64,000 nt of DNA from an uncultured Armatimonadetes bacterium. GTDB taxonomy: Bacteria; Armatimonadota; UBA5829; DTJY01. The stretch lies in contig OY970325.1 of the NCBI GenBank assembly GCA_963717145.1, forward strand, positions 4,896,001-4,960,000, written 5' to 3'. Shown here in pieces: positions 54,341-64,000 of the stretch. How positions within the stretch are numbered: position 1 is the first letter of the stretch; every line of letters starts with the position of its first letter. The notes beneath the pieces are model-generated. The model did not search any database and had not been told where the DNA came from. It saw nothing but the letters and a program-made list of their open reading frames with translations. Position numbers and translations under genes: made by a program.

Positions 54341-55803
54341 TGTACTTTGGGTCAGCGAGGACGTTGATATGGGCATCTGTGGCCCGCATGATCAGACCAC
54401 TTGTGAGGCTCCATCCTGCTGTACGACATCATACCGCCGTGAAAAACGGAAAGCGTATTCTAGTTAAGATACACGGTGGCGCCGGTGCCGGTGATGTTAT
54501 CATGTGTACACCCAGCCTTAGGGCGCTGCGACGTGGGCATCCAAATGCCTATATTGCATGCATGGTTAGCAAGGCACATAGTCCAGTTCTCCTGGGATGC
54601 CCTTATATAGATGAGATTATCAGCGTTGAGCAGGCGGCAGCCTCGAGGCTAAGGTATGTCACTCAGTTGGCCAAGTACCTAAGGCTGGTAATCCGGCTGG
54701 CAGCTTACCATTTCGATTTCAGCGTCGAATTGTCACATGGCGTACCCCCCATGCTGAGGCAGATTCCTGTGATGGCAGGTATCGAGCATCGTTATGGCCC
54801 CCGGGTTACCAACCAATACCATTCTCCTGAGGCCTATTCTGTTCGAGTACCTTTGCTAACAGATAGCACGCAAGTCGTCAGGTTCATGGAGGTCGCGGTC
54901 GCTGCCGGCGGCATACCGGATGGTGAGGAAACTGAATGCTATGTATCTCTCGAATGGAGAAAGAGCGTTGCTAACCTCTTGGGACCGGTCGATTCTCGGC
55001 CGCTCATCGTTGTTCATCCTGGCAGCAATGACTGCTGTAGACGATGGCCAGAAGCATCGTTTGCCAAAGTCATCAATGACCTGCAAGCTGACCAGCCGAT
55101 CCGCATTCTGCTTATAGGGGTCACAGCAGAGATTGCTGTGATCAATCATATCGCTGCAGAATGCCGGGCGCAGGTCGAGACTATCGTATCAGTGCTCGAT
55201 CTGGGTGAGTTGCAGGCGCTGATAGAGCGAGCTGATCTGCTTCTTTGCAACGACTCAGGGCCGATGCACATGGCAATAGCTTTAGGCACTCCCGTTGTGG
55301 CTGTATTCGGTCTGACGAATCCCGACAAGATTGTAGGACTCAATCCACCAGACTGGTGCCGTCTTATCCGAGTACCAGCAGATTGCCCTCCGCGGTCAGA
55401 ATGCCCCGTCTATGCCTGCATGTCGGAGAAGAGACGCCGTCAGGTCTTACCGATATGCAGCACGACAGACGCAGTATGTGTGGATGCCGTCAGTGTACAA
55501 CCAGTGCTCGAAGCCGCCAGGGGACTCCTGGCATGTAAGCGGAGTTCTACACCCGTGTACCCCTTGATCAGGTCAGACCGCGCATTCCTTCACGATTTCG
55601 GAGTCAGCGACAGTTCTTGCCTCGCTAACATCAACGCCGATTCTGCCGCTAAGAGCCAAGCATCCACTTCGAGTATCCTCCGCTCATGCAGACAGCATCA
55701 TCTTAACCAGGAACAGATCGCCATCGGGATGGCTGTGAGCTCTTCGGGGGTTCGCTCCGCGTGTGAGCCGCTCTGGACCGGCTGGCGCATTACTCCCTGG
55801 TGA
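54334..55803 (+). CDS. Glycosyltransferase family 9, copy 3, with read-through C-terminal tail
   Basis: Same motifs; diverges from the repeat unit after 55551. Confidence 0.88.
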   Translation: MLVYFGSARTLIWASVARMIRPLVRLHPAVRHHTAVKNGKRILVKIHGGAGAGDVIMCTPSLRALRRGHPNAYIACMVSKAHSPVLLGCPYIDEIISVEQAAASRLRYVTQLAKYLRLVIRLAAYHFDFSVELSHGVPPMLRQIPVMAGIEHRYGPRVTNQYHSPEAYSVRVPLLTDSTQVVRFMEVAVAAGGIPDGEETECYVSLEWRKSVANLLGPVDSRPLIVVHPGSNDCCRRWPEASFAKVINDLQADQPIRILLIGVTAEIAVINHIAAECRAQVETIVSVLDLGELQALIERADLLLCNDSGPMHMAIALGTPVVAVFGLTNPDKIVGLNPPDWCRLIRVPADCPPRSECPVYACMSEKRRRQVLPICSTTDAVCVDAVSVQPVLEAARGLLACKRSSTPVYPLIRSDRAFLHDFGVSDSSCLANINADSAAKSQASTSSILRSCRQHHLNQEQIAIGMAVSSSGVRSACEPLWTGWRITPW

Positions 55804-56001
55804 GCAGGTCGCCAGGGAAAGGTACCGCCGGAAAGAGCGGTGAACGGAGCACGAAAAGCGGAGACAAGACCAGAGATCACATGAGACTGAATTGGTTTCG
55901 AAGAAGGCACGTTCGCATGTTCTCAGCCGGCGTGGGCTACTTGAGTACCGCCCGATGCTGCCCAGGAAGACCTGTCTCGCAAAAGTACGATATGTCGCCA
56001 C

Positions 56002-56031
56002 TTGACGGATGATTTGCCTCTGCAGTAAGAT
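56002..56031 (+). promoter_or_regulatory. Possible sigma70 promoter
   Basis: TTGACG-18 bp-TAAGAT upstream of the FkbM gene. Confidence 0.4.
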
Positions 56032-56109
56032 AGATCATATTACTGCTGGAAGAGCTAAGCGGTTTGGGTTCTCGAATGGTTTCGCACTATGAGCGCATGA
56101 GATGATTTC

Positions 56110-57030
56110 ATGAGGTTGCCAGGTCTCCATATTGTACAACAGTTTGCTTGCATCCTAGGCTACGTGTTTGCGGGTGTCTATGACAGAGTTCGCATAGTGG
56201 CTTACTGGGTGCGCGGCCGGAGGAATGGGATCGGTGCGATGGAACTGATCGGGAGGGTGGTCGCTAGGTCGGCCAAGCACAGAGCCAAACGCATAGCCAA
56301 GCGCAGGATACGGAGGCTAGGTGTTACCAGCGGGACGCGGGTAGGCGAATTGTATCACGTCGTGCATCTGCACGAGACAGAACGCCCGCTCTACTGGCCT
56401 TGTGAGCTTGGGCTGGACTGTCTGTATATGACTGTGAACGAGTGTTGTTGCCGGGATCACTGGCACTACTATGAGACTTCTGAGACGCGAGTACATCCGG
56501 AAGACGTCGTGTTGGACTGTGGTGCCGCAGAAGGGCTTTTCAGTCTGCAAGTGCAGCCCAGATGTAAGAGAGTCTTCTGCGTAGAGCCTCTGCCCATGTT
56601 CGTGCGGTCTCTACAGATGACGTTCGATTCTTGTCGCAATGTGACCATCGTACCGGTGGCATTGTCGGACGTGGAGGAAGAGGCACGCCTTTATCAGAAC
56701 GGAGCGGCCTCGTGCATCACGGCATGTTCGCGGGAAGGTTCATTCGACATTCCGATCAAAGTGACGACCATCGATTCGCTGTTCGGAAACACACCGGTCA
56801 CATACATAAAGGCGGATGTAGAAGGCTCCGAGTTGCAGTTGCTAAGAGGAGCAGAACAGACAATCCGGAGGTGGCGCCCCAAGATCGCAATAGCAGCATA
56901 CCATAGCAGTGCGGATGCAGAGCTGCTTTCCAAGTTCCTCACGGAGCTCAATCTGGGTTACAAAGTCCTGCTGAGGGGGATATGCCCGGAAGCGGGAAAA
57001 CCGATAATGCTTCATGCATGGGTCGACTGA
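56110..57030 (+). CDS. FkbM-family SAM methyltransferase
   Basis: VLDCGAAEG.F, VEP, IKADVEGSE and AAYH motifs. Confidence 0.88.
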   Translation: MRLPGLHIVQQFACILGYVFAGVYDRVRIVAYWVRGRRNGIGAMELIGRVVARSAKHRAKRIAKRRIRRLGVTSGTRVGELYHVVHLHETERPLYWPCELGLDCLYMTVNECCCRDHWHYYETSETRVHPEDVVLDCGAAEGLFSLQVQPRCKRVFCVEPLPMFVRSLQMTFDSCRNVTIVPVALSDVEEEARLYQNGAASCITACSREGSFDIPIKVTTIDSLFGNTPVTYIKADVEGSELQLLRGAEQTIRRWRPKIAIAAYHSSADAELLSKFLTELNLGYKVLLRGICPEAGKPIMLHAWVD

Positions 57031-57112
57031 CAGTCTGTCCTGTGACTGAGCGCTAATGCGCCACCCGTCGGCAGAGAACCCGATATCGATCCGCTGCAGG
57101 TGCCAACCCGAG

Positions 57113-57713
57113 GTAAGAGCTCACGATCATTGATGATCCGGGCAGGTGCACTGGAGCGGGCTGTCGAATGGTAGGTTGTGAACGGTCTCGGCAGCCTATC
57201 AGGAGAAGAACTGTCGATCTAGTCTAGGAGCAGCATCAGGCTGTCCTGGAGTTGCGTGAAGCCGTGGACACCCTTGCGGAGAGCGTGGGGATGCTCGAGA
57301 AGGAGAAGGACGATCTGTCGTCCAAGCCCAGCGGCTGCAGCAGGACGATTCCTGCCTGGGCAAAGCCGAACCCGGCCCGAGCGCGAGAAGAAGGATCGCA
57401 ATAAGCGGTAGAAGTTGTTTCTGCGCCTGATGGAGACTCCGGCTGAGACACCTGTGTTGGTCAAATGCCCGAAGCTCCCTCTGAGAGCGAGACTGCAGGG
57501 CGAGCGATCTGGTCTGCGGTAACGGCAAGGGAGGTAAGTGGAGGGACACGATCGGCGAAGGGGTCTGGGGCCTGGATGAGGCTCATGGGTTTGTTTGGGA
57601 CATGGCTTCTATGAGAGGCCAAGAGCCAGTGTAGTCATGCTGCAGGATGCTTTCCGGCGCTCTCTACCCGTCCTGTCTGACCAGCTTCTCCATCAAGCAT
57701 CGTGAACTGTTTA
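57113..57713 (+). mobile_element. Internally deleted, decayed IS66 derivative
   Basis: Left IR GTAAGAGCTCACGATCATTGAT, degenerate transposase 5' and 3' fragments, right IR-like ATCGTGAACTGTT. Confidence 0.75.
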
Positions 57714-57719
57714 GAGATA

Positions 57720-57748
57720 TTGACAATTCTGGGAAAGCGGCATAGAAT
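57720..57748 (+). promoter_or_regulatory. sigma70 promoter
   Basis: TTGACA-17 bp-TAGAAT. Confidence 0.75.
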
Positions 57749-57981
57749 GGGAGCAAGTCACCGGCCACTTTCCACTACGGCTGGGACAAGCTCAGCCAAG
57801 ATAGCCGATGAGGCAAGAAGGAATAGCTTTCGAGTGTGACGAAGCGGTATGTTTGCGAGCGGTCGAAAGCTATGCTGGTTACAAGTAGCATTGTCAGTTC
57901 GGGGCAGCTCTAGTCCACACTGCCGAACGACGTGTTTGAAGAATCCAGACGAGACCAGCAGGAGAGGGAGATTAAGAAGTA

Positions 57982-59034
57982 ATGAAGGAACCGAATCGTC
58001 TGCGGATCTGGCTGTCAGTCCTGTTGTCGGGGAGCTTGGTGGTCACAGGATTGTTCCTGTTCTGCCCACCTAGTTTATTCCATTCACGGCATCTTGGCCA
58101 TAGCTATCTGATGGAGCAGCCTCGGTATTTGACCGCAGTGGCCGGTAAGTCTGGCAGACTTGCAGTGAGCGTTCAAACTGGCGGCAAGGTGCGTATATAT
58201 GTGGAGCAGGGGCATGCCAAGCTCATTCCTGTAACATCTGGCAACTTAGATGCAGACCCTGCTTGGGACCCGGCGGGCACGCGTATTGCATACGTATCAT
58301 TAGGCCGGCACGGCAAACTGGCACTCCGGGTGCTCAGCATGACAGACGGCACAGACTCCGTACTCCTGGAACAACCCCTGATATCGCAGCCGTGCTGGTC
58401 GCACGATGGTATGACTATCCTCTTCTTGAGAAGCCGGCCGGATGTGGCAGGCCAATCGACCATATGTGCAGTTGATCTTGAGACAAAACGGACAATCTCT
58501 CTCGCAGAGACAACCTATAACAGGCCTCAGGCATGGGATGTGCTGGGAGAAGACAGGATAGCCTATACGTACAATGATGCGGTGTGGATAAGGCCTATCC
58601 GGAAACCTGCAGAGCGATTGCCGATCACCTTCACCACCCCGTGCATGGTTTCAGCAGCCCCAAATAATAGGCTGATGTTTGTCTGCGAGTCCATAACAGC
58701 CAACGATAAGCGCGCCATATTGGTTGATCTGCAACCACGGCGATCGAAGCAGCTCTATGAAGGTTACATTCGACATGCACTCTGGTCCCCCTCGGGCAGA
58801 ATATTGGCAATCGCCATCAAGTATGAGACCCTGCTGTTCAGGGCCAATAAGACGGCCACCACCACAGATGAGTGGCAACTGGCTTCCACGCTCAAGGGAA
58901 TCGCTGTATGTTGGCGTTCCGACTCGAAGCTCGTGTTGATCCGGCCTACCAAAGGAAGTCCGCACTTCTTGGAGGAAGAGGATCTGCAGTCGCAAGGTAT
59001 CACTAGCTTTGCACCATATACGGCTAAGCCTTAA
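57982..59034 (+). CDS. TolB-like (PD40) beta-propeller protein with N-terminal anchor
   Basis: PAWDPAGTRIAYVS, PCWSHDG and WSPSGRILA repeats. Confidence 0.7.
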   Translation: MKEPNRLRIWLSVLLSGSLVVTGLFLFCPPSLFHSRHLGHSYLMEQPRYLTAVAGKSGRLAVSVQTGGKVRIYVEQGHAKLIPVTSGNLDADPAWDPAGTRIAYVSLGRHGKLALRVLSMTDGTDSVLLEQPLISQPCWSHDGMTILFLRSRPDVAGQSTICAVDLETKRTISLAETTYNRPQAWDVLGEDRIAYTYNDAVWIRPIRKPAERLPITFTTPCMVSAAPNNRLMFVCESITANDKRAILVDLQPRRSKQLYEGYIRHALWSPSGRILAIAIKYETLLFRANKTATTTDEWQLASTLKGIAVCWRSDSKLVLIRPTKGSPHFLEEEDLQSQGITSFAPYTAKP

Positions 59035-59213
59035 AGCGGCCTTGCCCATGAGCGGTCTCTGTGTAAATCTATTCTGGTAGCACCTTTGGACATATAGTGG
59101 GGCCATATGATGAGAGCTACTTGTCATATTGTGAGGACTGTAGACCGTCGATTTGGCAATATGCGGAAAGCAATCTTGTGCGTGTCCGTCCGCACGCAGA
59201 GAGGATGTGACTT

Positions 59214-60050
59214 ATGTCTGCTGGTATCATTAGTCGGTGGCGGCGCAAGTTGGCTTGGACTCCTGTGGCAGTAGCCATCTTGTTCGTGGTAGTGTCCATT
59301 GTACAGATGGAAGGGGGTAGCGACACAACCCGTATTTTGATTATGTGCACGGACCTCAGAGGGCCTCTGATTACATCCGGACCCGCCGATAAGATTTCTC
59401 ACTATAGGTCAGATATTATGCTTATCGTAGAGATAAGAGAGAAAGAAAAGAGAATTGTTGTTACACAGGTTCCCAGGGATACTATGGCCTATATCTGCCC
59501 AGAGTTGGGATTAGATAAGGTCAACTCTAGCGTTTTTCTTGCTGGGGCACGAGAGAGCCGCGACGTTGTGGGTAAGTTGATGGGTAACGAGATCCAGCAT
59601 TATATTGTGCTTAGCGTACCGGAGAGCCTGCAGTTTGTCAAGATCATCGGAGGGATAACGATACCCACGGATTCCGGTGGAGGTTTGACCAGCGGAGACC
59701 CCAAGTCGGTTTCTTCAGATCAGAATGGCCAGAAGTCTATTCTGCTCAAGGATCAGGCAGCCCTTGATTATGTGATGATTCGTCCAGGTTCTGACGTGGA
59801 GAGAGAGAAGAACCAGCAGCAGTTCTTAAAGGCCCTCATCAAGCAATGCCGCAAGTTGAACGCTGAACAGGTCTGCAGACTGGCTCTATGGGCCTGGAAT
59901 CAGGATGGTGATATGTCGCCAGTACAGATGGCCAGGTATGGCCGTCTGTTTCTAAGGAGCGACCGGGAGTTCCGGTCGCTGGATACTTCTGCTCTCTACC
60001 TGAATGGAACTTCGTATCTACTCGCAGTGAAACAAGATCAAAGCCCCTAG
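59214..60050 (+). CDS. LytR-CpsA-Psr (LCP) family protein
   Basis: N-terminal TM helix; RSDIML, VPRDT, DKVN and SDVEREKNQQQFL motifs. Confidence 0.88.
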   Translation: MSAGIISRWRRKLAWTPVAVAILFVVVSIVQMEGGSDTTRILIMCTDLRGPLITSGPADKISHYRSDIMLIVEIREKEKRIVVTQVPRDTMAYICPELGLDKVNSSVFLAGARESRDVVGKLMGNEIQHYIVLSVPESLQFVKIIGGITIPTDSGGGLTSGDPKSVSSDQNGQKSILLKDQAALDYVMIRPGSDVEREKNQQQFLKALIKQCRKLNAEQVCRLALWAWNQDGDMSPVQMARYGRLFLRSDREFRSLDTSALYLNGTSYLLAVKQDQSP

Positions 60051-60169
60051 CAGGGGATGTCTGTTGTGAAGGAAAGGGGTTGTTCATAATGCTTCTTAGG
60101 GCTGTCCATGTGTTATCAAGAAGTCTCCGCTCACGGACCGGAAGGCATCGCTACTGCTTGCCAGACAAA

Positions 60170-61945
60170 ATGTGTTCGGATTGGGTGCACAGTTCTCCAC
60201 TGTCTGCTATTGCTGTAATATGCCTACTGCTGCTCAGTTCCGTCCAGTGTGCTGGGGCGGGGGAGCCAGAATCGGCAGAGCTGTCTTCCGAAGCACCTAA
60301 GCTTTACTCGCCGTTCGATGAGCCTAAGCCGAAGATACCCGCAGAGATCCTCTCCGACATACGCCTTGACACGAAGGTTACGATCTCAGTGAAGAGCAAG
60401 AACATGAAAGATCTCTTCTGGGAGATCCGTAAACGGACCGGCGTGAACATCGTCGCCGCGAAGGATCTGTCGGGTGAGAGGGCGATAGTTTTTTGCCACG
60501 ACAAACCCCTGCGCGACGTTATGACAGAGATCTCCGCGCTCTACGGGTACTACTGGCTGGCCAAGGGGCAAAAGGGTGCCTGGACCTACGAACTCTTCGA
60601 GGACATGATCCACGCCAAGCGAAGGGATCAGGTGCGAGACTCTCAGGAAGCGGCACAGGTCGACGCGCTCCTCGACTGCATCGATCAGGCCACCAGGGCG
60701 ATAAAGAGTGATGCCGCGCTCGAGCAGTTGCGCCGGACTAATCCGCGTCTGCACCTAACGGTGGCGGACCCCGGCAAGAGGGAACTGCTCAATCTCATCA
60801 ACCTCATGGACAAGCCGACCATTCGCGGTTTTCTGAATGACGTCGGGATAGCGTGGGACTTTCCCGATATGTCGGCCGAGATGCAGTCCGGAGTCCTCAA
60901 AGCTATCAACGGGGAGTATGGTGTGCGCGAAGGGGCGGGGTACGAGCCGTTGACCGCCGATCGGATGCAGAAGGCCTACGTGAGATTCAAGCGCTGGCGG
61001 ATGAACCTCTTCACGCCTCCTCACGTCATGCTCGTGGTGTCGGTCCCTGCAAAGGAGGATGGAACCGGCGGGGGGAGGCGGATGTGCATGTGGACGGATT
61101 ATGACGAAGGAGAGCCTGATCTGCTCAGCATGCCGGAGCAGCCCGCGGGGAGAGTGATCGGCGATCCGCTGCCGAGCGACGTCAAGATCACTGTCGAGAA
61201 GAAGCACGAGGTGTTCAACTATGGCGCGATCCTGGTCCAAGACGTGCTGGAGGCGGTTGCCAGGCAGGCGAAACTCAATGTCGTCGCCGACTACTATTTC
61301 CAGGAGACGGAGCTGCCCGCTTGTTCCGATGAGCCGCTGGACAAACTGGTCTCCGAGGTATGCCTCAAGATGGATTATACCTGCCAGGTGGAGAAGGATA
61401 CACTGCGCTTCAAATTCAACAAGTGGTATCTGCAGCCGCTGCCCGAGGAGCCGCCATCGGCACTTCAGGAACTCTGGTGGAGAAAGGTAAAGGAAACCGG
61501 CGGCCTGTCGCTCGATGATCTTCTGGATATCGCGTGTCTGCGGGATAAGCAGACATTCTGGGCAGGGTTCCGGTTTATACCCCAGGCACAGCAGGCAAGG
61601 TTGTTCCCCAGGACTGCGAGGATGGTGCGAATGCTCGGCTCGGCGCTCGAGGATGAAGCGTGTACTCCGGCGGGTCTGCCTGTCTCCAAACTCGACGCGG
61701 ACCAGTTCAGCCGCATCGCCGACTGGGCCGGCGTCATGGGGATTAAGGAGACACTAGAGGGCCTGCTCAAATGTACGATCAAGATCAAGAAATCGGGTGA
61801 TCCTGTGAACAGCCTCCAGTTCATGCTTGTGCTTCCGGACGGCACGCCTCGCGGCGTGCCGCTGAATGCGAGACTCGAACGCCTTGACGAGAAAGAACGC
61901 CGCACACTTGCCGCGGGAAAGGGCGGCAGAGCTGGCATCGGATAG
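60170..61945 (+). CDS. Secreted hypothetical protein with two secretin/TonB N-terminal (STN)-like domains
   Basis: Signal-like hydrophobic segment; DIRLDTKVTI...TGVNI...PLRDVM and a second similar repeat. Start uncertain. Confidence 0.5.
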   Translation: MCSDWVHSSPLSAIAVICLLLLSSVQCAGAGEPESAELSSEAPKLYSPFDEPKPKIPAEILSDIRLDTKVTISVKSKNMKDLFWEIRKRTGVNIVAAKDLSGERAIVFCHDKPLRDVMTEISALYGYYWLAKGQKGAWTYELFEDMIHAKRRDQVRDSQEAAQVDALLDCIDQATRAIKSDAALEQLRRTNPRLHLTVADPGKRELLNLINLMDKPTIRGFLNDVGIAWDFPDMSAEMQSGVLKAINGEYGVREGAGYEPLTADRMQKAYVRFKRWRMNLFTPPHVMLVVSVPAKEDGTGGGRRMCMWTDYDEGEPDLLSMPEQPAGRVIGDPLPSDVKITVEKKHEVFNYGAILVQDVLEAVARQAKLNVVADYYFQETELPACSDEPLDKLVSEVCLKMDYTCQVEKDTLRFKFNKWYLQPLPEEPPSALQELWWRKVKETGGLSLDDLLDIACLRDKQTFWAGFRFIPQAQQARLFPRTARMVRMLGSALEDEACTPAGLPVSKLDADQFSRIADWAGVMGIKETLEGLLKCTIKIKKSGDPVNSLQFMLVLPDGTPRGVPLNARLERLDEKERRTLAAGKGGRAGIG

Positions 61946-62304
61946 GATTGAGGTATCGGTATCGAGCGACAAGTGATGCTCATGCATTCTATGCTATCTG
62001 AGCGCGCGGCTCGGAGATGAGTAGCTGTTTCTGCTTGAACTGGGGATCGGCTAGTGACCCGATATGCGGCACGTGGCACATCCTACGCCAATATGCAGAT
62101 TTATCGGCGTTCTACTTGGCCTAAGATCGGACCAAAGGACCATCCTTGTGCCTGGGCTACTCGGACTGCTGGTGTGCTCTATACTGTCGGCATACCTGAA
62201 ATGATAATACAATCTCTAGATACTTTTTGTGGATCAGTGGGAGCGCAGAAAAATGGGTACTCCGTAGGGTCACAAGCTTCCTGCAGATGTTGGTTGGGTG
62301 CAAG

Positions 62305-63498
62305 ATGCTGTTTCTGTTCTGGCTGAGTCTGGGACTGCTGCTGTATATCTATATTGGCTACCCTGTGCTTCTTTTCTGTCTCACTAGGATCTGGTGCAAC
62401 AAGACGGGAAAAGCGTCGGTGTTGCCGAGCGTGAGCATTGTCATCTCGGCTCACAATGAGGAGGCAGGCATTAGGCGCAAGTTGGAGAACACCCTGGCTC
62501 TCGACTATCCGAAGGACCTTTGCGAGATCGTCCTGGTATCGGACGGATCCACCGATCGCACCGCCGAGATTGCCGTGGAGTTCGAGGAGCACGGAGTGCA
62601 ATGCCTCGTACTCTCGGAATGGGAAGGCAAGGCGGTTGCCCTCAACTGTGCGCTCGAGTTGGCGCAGGGCGAGATAATAGCTTTCACTGATGTGGCTGCA
62701 CTGGCCGAACCGGACTGCATCCGCAAACTCGTTGCGAATTTCGCAGATCCGAGGGTGGGATGTGTCTCTGCGGAGATGCAGGTGGTCGCTCAAGGGTCTG
62801 GAGGAAGTGAAGGTACGTACATTAGGTATCTGATGACTCTTCGGAGGCTTGAAGGGCAGATTGGCTCTTGTACGTGCGTATGCGGTCCGCTGTATGCTGC
62901 TCGCAAGGTCTTATGCCCTGAGTTTCCGGCACACATGGCAACAGATCTGGTATCGGCACTGGAAGCCGTACGATGTGGGTTCAAAGTGGTCAGCGAACCT
63001 GCAGCCCGCATGAGCGTTGGTAGCGTGGCTACTCAGCGAGAGGAGTTCCGAAGGAAAGCTCGCACTGTAATGTTAGGAGTTGAGTGCCTGCCAAAAATGA
63101 TGGAGCTTCTCAACCCGTTTCGATATGGCGTATTCTCCCTAGAACTGATTAGCCACAAGTTACTGCGCTGGGCTGGCGGGGTCTTCATGGCATTCCTGCT
63201 CATTTCCAGCATAGTGCTCTACGGTTCTTCGGAGGTATATGGTTTGGCACTGGTAGCCCAACTTGCTGTTTACTCACTCGCGTTAGCGGGAGGGTTATCC
63301 GAACGACTAGCCAGCAGATGCAGCGCGGTGCGCATATCAAGTTTCGTTGTTTATTCCCATGCTGCTGCACTCTTGGCATGCTGGAACTACTTGTGGGGTA
63401 AGCACACATGCACGTGGCACCCCTCAATACATCAGGTACCAGAAGAGTATGAGCCAAGCGCTGATAGCCTCTCTTTTTCCGGACGACGTGACTGCTGA
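62305..63498 (+). CDS. Membrane-associated glycosyltransferase family 2
   Basis: Y.YIGYP, SIVISAHNEE, SDGSTD, GKA.ALN, EFRRKAR and SHKLLRW motifs. Confidence 0.9.
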   Translation: MLFLFWLSLGLLLYIYIGYPVLLFCLTRIWCNKTGKASVLPSVSIVISAHNEEAGIRRKLENTLALDYPKDLCEIVLVSDGSTDRTAEIAVEFEEHGVQCLVLSEWEGKAVALNCALELAQGEIIAFTDVAALAEPDCIRKLVANFADPRVGCVSAEMQVVAQGSGGSEGTYIRYLMTLRRLEGQIGSCTCVCGPLYAARKVLCPEFPAHMATDLVSALEAVRCGFKVVSEPAARMSVGSVATQREEFRRKARTVMLGVECLPKMMELLNPFRYGVFSLELISHKLLRWAGGVFMAFLLISSIVLYGSSEVYGLALVAQLAVYSLALAGGLSERLASRCSAVRISSFVVYSHAAALLACWNYLWGKHTCTWHPSIHQVPEEYEPSADSLSFSGRRDC

Positions 63499-64000
63499 GG
63501 AGTCCTGGGGGAGCGACACCCTTGCCGGCCTCCACCCTGAGGAAGAAGCTCTGACTTCCAGCATGTCTACGAAGAGATACATCGAGTTCGCAGCCGGCCG
63601 ATGTTGTGCTCGACGAGCGCTGTCGAAACTGGGAGTATATGATACGCCTATCCTTGTACAACCAGACAGAGCTCCCATTTGGCCAACTGGCATCGTGGGC
63701 AGTATCTCCCACACGGAAGGGTATGTTGGCGCAGCTGTTGCTCGCAATGATGGAATACTGGGTATCGGTCTGGATGCGGAGGTGCTTGGAACTGTTGATC
63801 CAGACGTATGGCGGTTTGTTTGCACTGAGGAGGAGGTTTCGTGGCTCAGATCCTTGGATAGCGGGGAGAAACATACATATTCCTACCTCATCTTCAGTGC
63901 GAAGGAATGCACTTACAAGTGCTGGTGCTCGGCTACGAAACAGCGCTTGGGTTTTCACGATCTGCGCATTGTCATCGATGTGTCGCATCAGCGGTTCAGA
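63449..64000 (+). CDS. 4'-phosphopantetheinyl transferase (EntD/Sfp type), 3'-partial
   Basis: Translated by hand, absent from the ORF track: MSQALIASLF...EFAAGRCCARRAL...PIWPTGIVGSISHT...GIGLDAE...FSAKECTYK. Confidence 0.9.
   Translation, partial: MSQALIASLFPDDVTAEESWGSDTLAGLHPEEEALTSSMSTKRYIEFAAGRCCARRALSKLGVYDTPILVQPDRAPIWPTGIVGSISHTEGYVGAAVARNDGILGIGLDAEVLGTVDPDVWRFVCTEEEVSWLRSLDSGEKHTYSYLIFSAKECTYKCWCSATKQRLGFHDLRIVIDVSHQRFR

Larger units (their letters stand above)
51725..55551 (+). repeat. Tandem triplication with 1277-bp period
   Basis: The unit start GGTTGTCCCCTAGG recurs at 51725, 53002 and 54279. Confidence 0.92.

Noticed and set aside
52170-55040. DGR-like adenine-biased variation between GT9 copies (e.g. 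AAA CAA GGC ACA / ACG CAA GGC GCA / TCA CAT GGC GTA)
   Set aside because: No reverse transcriptase or template repeat is in the window, no single copy acts as the A-rich template, and many differences do not involve A.
1-64000. CRISPR array or cas genes
   Set aside because: No regularly spaced short repeats were seen; all repeats are IS ends or gene duplications.

Overview
The first ~3.8 kb is GC-rich host-like backbone: a partial GH38-like gene, a secreted protein, a GT2 and a REP-like palindrome. A tRNA-Asn(GTT) follows, and a large genomic island starts inside it, with no far boundary visible. The island opens with three tandem serine-recombinase genes, one fused to three LuxR-type HTH domains. 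Next is an IS-shattered Mrr-like nuclease/NACHT defence-type gene. A ~29 kb biosynthetic cluster follows (2 ACPs, 2 BtrH-like proteins, carbamoyltransferase, NRPS C-A-T with a degenerate A domain, FkbH, BpsA-like aminopropyltransferase, SpeD, GT2, two near-identical B12 radical SAMs, PIG-L deacetylase, epimerase, DegT aminotransferase), bracketed by two directly repeated Mutator-like IS copies. The end holds three tandem GT9 paralogs, envelope genes and a partial PPTase. About 16 IS copies or remnants are present. Three unrelated IS families sit at fixed, family-specific distances upstream of sigma70 -35 boxes; for the rve-type IS, its 5-bp target duplication abuts the -35 hexamer in all three copies. 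All calls come from reading motifs by eye; no database searches were run.
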